From Octopus vulgaris (taxonomy: Eukaryota), in contig OX597828.1 in assembly GCA_951406725.2 (NCBI GenBank), positions 34,658,001-34,722,000 on the forward strand: a stretch of DNA of 64,000 bases. Reading direction: 5' to 3'. The notes beneath the pieces are model-generated. The model did not search any database. It worked only from the letters and a program-made list of their open reading frames with translations, and had not been told where the DNA came from. Each line of letters opens with the position of its first letter. Position 1 is the stretch's first letter. A program made the translations under genes and the position numbers. Positions 55,030 through 64,000 of the stretch are shown one piece after another.

Positions 55030-56522
55030 TAACGAACATTTATACAACCAATGTGAATAGACGTGACTTGCCTTTTTGATCGGGGCGTCCTGTGGAGAGG
55101 GACTCTCCACCTTTTCTTGACTTAGGGTCGGAGATGGCAAGCCTTCAAACATAAATTGGTGAAAATCCAGTCTCAATGTTGAGACCGATTTTCTATGTGT
55201 TAAACAACATGTACGTTTTTTCGTCCAATTCATAAAATTCGTAATTTGTGTATTTATCTGACAGTTCAATTAATCTAGTTGCTGATTTTTTTGGTTTTTA
55301 TTTCCCGCATTAAGTCTTCGTTTTTGCTGTGTAGTGCAGCTATTCCTCTGTTCGTCACCCCCTCCGCCTTCCTCGGTCTGTCTCTCTTGGCTTTTTTTTT
55401 TTGTCTCGACTCACTCTGCTTTTGCTGGTTCGAGCCTTCCATCTTCCTTTTGTTGTTTATTTTTCCTTCTATTTTTCTCTCTCTCTCTTTCTTCCTCTTC
55501 GCCGTCTGATTCATCTACACCTTCTTTACAATATTTTTTAATGTGACCCATTTGGCCGCACCGGAAACGTGGGGCTTACTCCCCTCAGCAAAAATATTTA
55601 TAACTTCCTCCCCTACTTCCACGATTTCTGGGATCTGTTCTAAATTTTTTTGGTCAGCCTGCAGTATGAGGTTAAGCGTTTGACCAGTCCAATAGGTATT
55701 CTCTGTGACGGTAGCCAGCAGGAGGTTAATATTATATTCCCTGTTTGCCGCCATCAATCACATAGGGTTTACTCCGGGTGGAATTCTTGATATTCTCACT
55801 TTTGATGTTCTCATTCCCATATAAATTGGGATTAACATTGTGTCTTCCGACTCTAAAGATTTTATAGTGTTTTTGTGCCGTTTCTGCATTCTTGAACCTC
55901 ATCACGATGGTTCCAAACTTCTTCCCTTTGGCTAGATACGTAATGCCCTGCCAGATGGGGTTTAGACATTTTTGCTCACATATCTTATCAATTTTACGAG
56001 CTTTTAAGCAGAATATCTTGAAAATAATATTTTTTTCCTCCGTTAATTCTTCTTCTGGTATTTCCACTTTTACTATTCCATCTTGTTCTGTTATCATATC
56101 TTTGTATTTTAGTAATTCATTTGTCAGTTGAAAGCTGTCGCGTTCCACTACCAGCTGCTGATACAAAACTTTTCCTTCATTAATTTTGGATGGTCCTTTC
56201 TTCTGTCTTTCTTTTGGTGTTCGTAACTCTTGGTAATGCCGGAAATTCGCTTTCCGACACACCAGAAACGTTATCAAAAATTAAGCTTTCTATTTTCTTT
56301 GCTTCTCGCTCAATCGATGATTCATCACCCGACGAAGAAGACAAACTTTTTGGCATATTACCGGCAATTAATGTTTTCCCCCACAGGGGAAAACCACAGA
56401 TAGCTTTCGAAAGAAAACTATACTACAATTTTTTTTCAACAATAAGTCCAACAATAGGCACAAGAGATATAACAACAGAAACTTACGAACACACTCCAAC
56501 AATAAATTTTCAATAACAGGCG
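55030..56522 (-). mobile_element. LINE ORF1 (CCHC) element, decayed, no ORF2 seen
   Basis: ATG at 56356 (MPKSLSSSSGDESSIEREAKKIESLIF), then GKKFGTIVMRF, YWTGQTLNL and INIFAEGSKP..FRCGQMGHIKKYC. Confidence 0.85.
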
Positions 56523-56755
56523 TACGAAATACCAATTTCTTTACTACCCACAAGGGGCTAAACACAGAGAGGACAGACAAACGGATTAAGTCGATTATAT
56601 CGACCCCAGTGTGTAACTGGTACGTAATTTATCGACCCCGAAAAGATGAATGGCAAAGTTGACCTCGGCGGAATTTGAACTCAGAACGTAACGGCAGCCG
56701 AAATACTGCTAAGCATTCCGGCTGGCCTGCTAACGATTCTGCCAGCTCGCCCACC
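56523..56755 (-). mobile_element. SINE family A directly 5' of the ORF1 element
   Basis: Tail ...gtagtaaagaaatt joined to ggtatttcgt, then ORF1 element 5' UTR. Confidence 0.9.
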
Positions 56756-57620
56756 TGACTAAGCAACAAATTGTCAATGTCGGTAGGACGTTGGACAGAA
56801 TGTCTCGTAGTATTTGTTCTGCGTTCAAATCTGGTCGAGGTCAATATTACTTATATGTTGTCAGGGTCGGTGGGTAAAAAGTAACAATACAGAGCGGTGC
56901 ATTCGCAGAATTGAAAGCATGTCAAACCGGATGCCTTACAGAATTTGTTCCGGTTCAGAGGTCAAGCCCAGCCATGCTCTTCTAAGGTGAAAGACAATAT
57001 ATCATCCGGCATCGTGGAGAACTTTAGCAAAAGCCCTAATGTTGCAAACTTTCAGTCTAGATCACTGGTTTGAGGACACTTCTCCCCACTTACTTCCAAC
57101 ATTTCTAGGGAGATTGTAAAGGGTCATGAGCACTGCCTTCTCTCCTCAGAAAAAGATAAAATAAACATATCCGTTAATCTTCCACATGTCACTCCTCAGA
57201 AATTTGAAACTCTTGAAAATTAGTTGAAAGAATCTTAAACTGGGAATGAATCTTCACAATTCAAAAGACAATAAACAGACATGGCCGCCATGTTTGACAG
57301 GTACACTAACTTTAATAAATAAGTAAATAAATAATGTAAATTGATGGTGTATTTTGAATTAATGATTGGCCGGTGGTCGAATGGCGGGATCAAATGAAAT
57401 TATAGTAAGGAATAATTATATACATGTTATTCGCTTTCAAAAATTGAAATTGTTTTATGATTTCGTCAGAGGAGGAAGTTGCAGCGCCTATTATCTTATA
57501 CAAGGGGTGGGAAAGAGGAGAAAATAGCACGATTCTTAGATTATCCTCAGACTGGGTACCTAGTTTAAATATCTACAACAAAGTGGACCTTGGTTAACAG
57601 AAAAAATCCTTTTGGCTCGT

Positions 57621-57853
57621 TTAACCCATTAAATCCCAGAGTACTTAAATTTTTTAATATTACTTTAAAATTTTTACAGGTGATTGAAAATAGGTTGAAA
57701 TGGGGAAAAAATGATTATCAAAACTCCTTTACTTCAAGTAGAAATGAAAATACTTGGTGTCCTATAAATAGAACACTGAGACAATGTGATATAGCTTATT
57801 TAAGGTTTTCATTTAGTGTCCTATTTATAGGACTGTGGGACTTAATAGGTTAA
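57621..57853. mobile_element. piggyBac-type MITE
   Basis: Left end TTAA-cccattaaatcccagagt. The right end reverse-complements to TTAA-cctattaagtcccacagt. Internal gtgtcctat..atag repeats. Confidence 0.8.
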
Positions 57854-58554
57854 GGTCAGTAATATCAGAACTGAACTAAAGGACAGGAAAGGCAGCCGGT
57901 TTAACGCGTAAATAAAATTAAGAAACGGTTATAATGTGAGATATTTTTCTCTGGGAATCGAAACTGCAATCCTATCACCACGAGTCCGCTGTCCTAACCA
58001 TGGCCATTGCGCCTCCACACTGTAAATGTAAATATTACATCAATCGAATCAATAAACAGCCGTTTAGATAAATAAATATTGGAAGACAGTTTAACCAATG
58101 GATCTGATATACAATTTAAAACAAATTGAAAATTTATTCTTTTAGATTGTGAAATAAATGTTTAATTTGTGCCAAAGGGAGTTATATAACTAGAATATAT
58201 ATTTAATACTCATAAACTTTTCTATTTCTAGTTATCTTTCTGGAACAAATTTTGAATATTTATTTGTTAATATTTGATTTGAAGATGAAATAAATTAATA
58301 TAAGCGTTGGTCGCTAATAATATTTTTGAAAGAAATGGCGTAAAAGGAAAATGATTATAAGCAAATCTCTGGCTACGATCGTCTGTACTGAAGGAATGAA
58401 TGAATGAAGATGAAAGCTTTTAGTAATATTAATGCTAATATTAATCATTCATTTTTGAACTTGCAAAGTCACAGAGAAAGACGAAAGAATAATTAGCTTC
58501 TTTATGAAGAGACGAACATAGCAAACTAACATTTTTATAATGTGTCCTTCATTA

Positions 58555-59093
58555 ACCTCTCGTGGATTTCAGTTGATCCGATAAACGGAACACCCTGCTC
58601 CTGAAATTAACGTGCAAGTGGCTGAGCATTCCACAGACACGTGTGCCCTTAATGTAGTTCTCGTCAAGATTCAGCGTGACACAGAGTGTGACAAGGCTGG
58701 CCCTTTGAAATAAAGGTACAAAAGAAACAAGAAGAAAGAGAGAAAGTTGTGGTGAAAGTCTACAGCGGGGTTTAACCATCCCTTGCCAGAGCTTCGTGGC
58801 GCTTTAGGTGTTTTCGCTCCAAAAATAACGTAGTTCTCGGGGAGATTCAGCATGACACAGTGTGACAAGGCTGGCCCTTTGAAATACAAATACAACGGGA
58901 ACAGAAAAAAAGAGTGAGAGAAAATTGTGGTGAAAGAGTACAGCAGGGTTCCCCACCACCCCTGCCGGAGCCTCGTGGAGCTTTAGGTGCTTTCGCTCAA
59001 TAAACACTCACAACGCGCCCGGTCTGAGAATCGAAACCGCGATCCTACGACCGCGAGTCCGCTGCCCTTACCACTGGGCCATTACACCTCCAC
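58555..59093 (-). mobile_element. SINE family C with about 180-bp internal tandem duplication
   Basis: Homologous to 40610-40992. The segment gtagttctc...gctttaggtg occurs twice (about 58654-58820 and 58830-59000). Confidence 0.88.
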
Positions 59094-59149
59094 CATTAAT
59101 TTCTAATGATCCTTGAAAATGAAATTTAAAAACAGAAAAGAGATTAATA

Positions 59150-59410
59150 GATTTCTTTATTGGCTACGCAGGGCTGAACACAGAAGGGACAAAATAGAAA
59201 GTTGAGCTTTTCTTTTGGGGAAGAAGGAAAAAAAGGGGAGGGGCGAATTCCGATCAAAAGGGATCGTAAAAGAAAAAAAAGTGGGGCCGATCAGTAGGGA
59301 TCGTGTATCACAGAAATGTCAATGTAAAAAGGGAAAACAGATTAGGTTTGTCCGTTGATAGAAAAGCCTACGGAAAAGACCACGGGAACTTTGGGCAATA
59401 GTGTCATGCA
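59150..59410 (-). mobile_element. L1/Tx1-like LINE 3' UTR fragment
   Basis: Minus-strand tail tgtcccttctgtgttcagccctgcgtagccaataaagaaat matches the LINE and SINE A tails. Confidence 0.7.
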
Positions 59411-59634
59411 AAAAGAAAACACATTACAGTATAATAATTTAGGCACAAGGGCAGCGGTTTTAGATGAGGGGCCAAACCTATCAGACCGTTCCCAGTTCTT
59501 GGATGTTATTCCATTTTATCGAATCCTCGAAGCATGAAAAGTGAAGTTCATCTCGGCGATATTTGAGTCCAGAAGAAATGCCGTTGAGCACTTTCTTCGA
59601 CTCACTAACGACTCTGCTAATACACCATGTTAAT

Positions 59635-59920
59635 AATAATCCTTTCTACTCTAGGCACAAGGCCTGAAACTTTTGGGAGGGGACAGTAGATTACATCAAC
59701 CCCAGTGTTCAACTGGTACTTATTTCATTGACCCCGAAAGGATGAAATACAAAGTTGATATCTGCGGAATTTGAACCCAGAACTTAAAAGGATTCGTTTA
59801 TAAAATGTTTATCGACAATTATTTTTATCATAATTGAATCGATGAGGCGGCAAGCTAGCAGAATCGTTAGCGCGCCACACAAAAATACTGATCGGCATTT
59901 CGCCTGTCTTTATGTTCTGA
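59635..59920. mobile_element. SINE A fragments
   Basis: Homology to intact copies (minus 59640-59790; plus head 59845-59920). Confidence 0.75.
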
Positions 59921-60471
59921 CAATGAGGAAACTGCGTGTTTTCGAAATTTATCTTCAATGTTATTAATATCGCATCTTATAATATTTAACTCATGTCCAG
60001 ACAGACATGAATCTCCACTCATAATGACGGAACTCTGTTGCCGATCCTGTCTTTCTACAAAGTCAATTTTGCGCTAATCGCATTTTTATCGTAGCATCAA
60101 AGAAAACAAAAGAATTAAGAATATTAGGCGAAATATCTAGCACTACTTCATGGGAAACGAAAAGGGCATAAAACTGAGCCTGAAATATGTAAAAAGTGAA
60201 AAAACGAAATTTGTGGAAGCAGAACTCTTTCAAAATCGTAGCCCCAGATGTATGAAACAGAATACTTAAAATCAATGATTTTCTTTCCCATGAGGTAAAG
60301 GCGCTTCGAGAAGATAGCATGGAATAAACAAGTAAAACAAGACCACTTCACTAATTAATGACCGTTACGTTAATGACTATTACATTAATGAGCATATATA
60401 CGGCCCCTAGTTCGTTAGTCATTTAATTTGTAATCACGCTGCCCGAACCGTATTATATCTCCTCGTTATTG

Positions 60472-60788
60472 TATTAGGTTGTTCCGAAAATAATGGCCGA
60501 TTTCAGAAAGATCAGGAAAACACAGAAACATAATTTCAGAAACATTGTGCCCAAGCTTGAACTCGTGCAAGAAAAATAAGCGAAGGTCCTTTTTTGTCGT
60601 GACCATAATTAAGGGACCCTATGCTTCAAGAATGTTTTCTGCCTGGAATAAGTAGAAAATGATTAAAGAGCATACATCAATTATTAAATATGTCGAAATT
60701 CACCTAAAATATAATTAAAATACTAAGATAAAATTGCGTTTCAAACCACAACACCTAGAGCGGCCATTATTTTCAGAACAATCTAATA
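60472..60788. mobile_element. Mariner-type MITE with TA TSD
   Basis: TA-ttaggttgttccgaaaataatggccg ... cggccattattttcagaacaatctaa-TA; 26-bp TIRs with 2 mismatches. Confidence 0.88.
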
Positions 60789-62289
60789 GTTACTACTACA
60801 ATCCAATACCCAGTCATGAGAAATACACTTTAAATGATTTTATTGGAAATATTTAATTCTGTTATAAACGTTCAATAAAATCGAAGTACGTGGTAATTTT
60901 ATTGTAAATATTTTTCAGAAAATCGATCAAGTTAAAAATTTCCTATTGCGGTATATCATTTTAAAATTAATATAAGTTAAATTGATTTCTAAAATCGACA
61001 CGAACAAGTTCTGATTTAGGGAAAGGGATATAGGCGATTAAATCGACTCCAGCACTTATGTTATCGACCTTGGGGATAACAAAAAGCAAAATCCACCCCG
61101 GCAGCATTTGATCTCGAAACGTAACTAACTTCTCCCCACCCAGCAGTAAATATTCTCTAAATTTTCAAATTTTGCCACAAGGCTAGCAATTTTGGAGAAG
61201 AGGATAAATCGATTAATTGACCCCAGTACGCAGCTGGTATTTCGTCCAGCGCGCTAACGATTCTGCCACCTCGCCGTCTTATTCTCTCATCTAATCACGA
61301 TGTAAAAACAGAAAAAATTACAATTTGAAGATTTTTTTTTATCGTAAATTCAATTCTGATTTGAATTGTCTTCGGGGAGGTTCTTCTAATCGATCCATTG
61401 CTAATTACGAACCTGTGATAGATTTTTGTTTTACTGTGATCTCTTATTTCAATTTGATTAAATGCTAAATTTGATTATTGAGTCTATATTTTGAATTTTT
61501 CTTCCTTTACATTTTTTCTTTTTTTTCTTTCTTCGTCCTTTCTTGTCTTGGTGTTTTGGCGTTTTGGGGTTAGTTATTTGTTAGGCAATTTCATCAACTC
61601 CTGTTCCGTCTTCGACTCCGACGGGAAATTACACCAGTCAGAGTTGCCGTCTGGTAAGCTTCGCTTGTCTAATTTGAGATGTTTTAGCGAGTTGTTGTTA
61701 TGCTGTACTAGGAGAAGGAAATAGGTTACTCCTGATCCTAACTCTACTAAAGACGATGGGGCTGATTCCCCTTGTGTAGGGAGCACTCTTAATCTTAGAA
61801 CTGTTACTTCTTGCCCTGCTCGTGTAGATATATACCATAGCAGACAGGTTAGGTGTCCGGTTGAGTGACTCCCAAAAGAAGTGTTTCCATGTCTAATGAT
61901 GATCAGGCCATCATTGGTGCTTGTGGTAATGGGAACCTGTTTCCATCTATGGCACTTTTTCGTTTTTTTTTTGTATTTTCTCTTTTCGTTGTTCAGTTAG
62001 GTTTGATCAGTTTCCCTTCCCACCTCGTACTTTCCACGTCCCTTTTCGAACACCATAGGACCTTCTCTGCTGGACTATTATAGAATCTACCAATATCTTT
62101 CTTTTCCCTACTAAAAACTGGCGGCGATCAATCCATGACATTTAAGCCGGCACTCTTGGAAGAAGTAAAGAAGTAATTCACCAAATCACATCAGGTAAAT
62201 ACACACAGTGACGAAGGAGACAAAGAAGAGATGCCATGACCTTTCGAAGAACAGTTTTCCTCCTCCCTGAAATTCCAACTATCAGAAGT

Positions 62290-62800
62290 AAAACCTAAGA
62301 AAATTTTCCTTTTTCTATATCCGTAAACTTCAATCTAGATTCCATTTTAATCATCTAAGCCACACATCCTGTTTGTGTCTGAAACACGAATCTTTCAGTG
62401 ATTACCACCGACCTGTCAATGCTGTCCAAGCTACACCCTCTCACATTATCCGCAAAGGTGAGGTCTACACTGACGTAAGCTCCGAACTCCCTGTCACTTA
62501 CCCTTCAATAAAATATCAACAATTATGGCTTCCAGCTCCTGTGGATCGAGATCTTTACTCCCTTAATCAATCAAATATATATGTGCCCTCCATTGCTAAA
62601 ATCCTAAAATCACTGGCGTCTCTTTGACGATATCTCTTCTTGCACTGGAGACGTGTCTATTACATCATCCCTTTCTGAATTTATCGTCTTTGGCGACTTA
62701 ATAATTCACAACTTCTTATAGTTCTCTCATTCATCCCAGCCCAATGATGGCGAAACAGAAGCTGAGTCTTTTGCAATCTTCGAATCTCTTCCTCATCTTG
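62290..62800 (+). pseudogene. Decayed LINE APE endonuclease (CR1/Jockey-like)
   Basis: SSKPHILFVSETRI at about 62351-62392 and SEFIVFGDL at about 62674-62701 match APE motifs; many disruptions. Confidence 0.6.
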
Positions 62801-63070
62801 TGTAATACGAGGCAGATTTTGAAACACTGGAGAAATATGTGATGTCAAACTAACCAGTAGGCCATAGAAACTGGTGAGTTTTGCTGTCGCGAGGTGTGAA
62901 ACAGTCAAAATGAAAGTGCTTTGACAATGTCGTAATGTCATGGCTGGTAGAAGCGAACAGGAAGTGAATAGATTAAAAACGATTGGCTAAACGTGTTGGG
63001 AGAAAGAGAGAGAGAGAGTGATGAGGAGTGTGATGAAAAGAGTGCAGTGTGAGGAAGGAGGAATGAGAGA

Positions 63071-63115
<45 letters not shown>

Positions 63116-63377
63116 TTGCTTTCATAAGTGGTAGTGTGAGGAAATAACAGTATAGATTAGGTCAAACCAATCGTTTCCAAGTGCGCAGTATTGGTTACGT
63201 AGGTGTACACACATACACACACATGTACGACATATAGTATACATATACACACACACACATATATATATATATACGCACACATATATATATATACATATAT
63301 ATATATATACACACACACACACATATATTTTACTACGTATATACATGTGAGTGTGAGTGTGTGCGTGCACGTATGTA

Positions 63378-63434
<57 letters not shown>

Positions 63435-63891
63435 TACGTGTGTGTGTGTGTGTGTGTATGTGTGTGTGTATCGCATCTAAGTCCATTAGAATGCGAATGT
63501 CTCCTTGAAGTAGTTTTTATAGTCGCAAAAACACGGAACCAACAGTCTGGCATCGATTCCCAATTATAGCTGATCAACTTCACTTACATCACAAATACCT
63601 CAGAGAAAAGGTGTACATTTCTATGCGGTCACCCGATATGCAAAATATAGCAGCCAAATATGTCTTGCGTGACAACTACCGCATTAAACAATTGTTCTTT
63701 GTCCTATACACAGTTGAAAAAGACGTGTTGGTCAGGGTCAGAGCGCTGTGCTACATGGTTAGCCTGGTTAAACAACTGTAATATGTGCATCACATAGTTT
63801 CAGTTTCACTTTTGACTATAATCTATCTATCTAGCACTCTGTATGTCAGTCTGTCTGCCTGTCTGTCTATCTATTATCTATATATATATAT

Positions 63892-64000
63892 AGGAAGGCA
63901 AAAAGTGGGACAAGAACGCAAAACATCCAGTTAGATGATACAAAAAAGGGACAAGAAAAAACAAGGACGGGTTATTCGGAGTTTTCTTTCCTCAGTCGAA
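63892..64000. mobile_element. Start of another insert in (TA)n, probably Penelope-like, running off the window
   Basis: Unique sequence begins abruptly after (TA)n, like the other inserts; incomplete in this window. Confidence 0.3.

Noticed and set aside
61236-61250. Another ggtatttcgtc motif
   Set aside because: It lies on the opposite strand relative to its SINE and arises from an internal deletion junction, so it was not counted as a target-site junction.

Overview
AT-rich eukaryotic non-coding DNA. The repeat families resemble those I recall from Octopus/cephalopod genomes; this is an inference, not a database result. No intact host gene can be supported. Most ORFs in the track are translations of microsatellites ((TA)n, (CA)n, (TACA)n, (TAA)n, (TAG)n, (GGT)n, (GA)n). 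The window holds many tRNA-headed SINEs of at least four families, a truncated mariner transposase pseudogene, three MITEs (mariner, Tigger and piggyBac types), a non-autonomous Helitron-like element, L1/Tx1-like LINE pieces including three ORF1 (CCHC) copies, and CR1/L2-like and possibly R4/Dong-like fragments. Two patterns stand out. (1) A Tx1-like LINE 3' end, SINE tails resembling it, and the 5' flanks of two ORF1 elements are joined at the same site (GGTATTTCGT) of SINE family A at six places, suggesting a SINE-targeting retrotransposon guild. (2) Many short Penelope-like inserts, mostly within (TA)n tracts, carry long inverted repeats and minimal hammerhead ribozyme cores.
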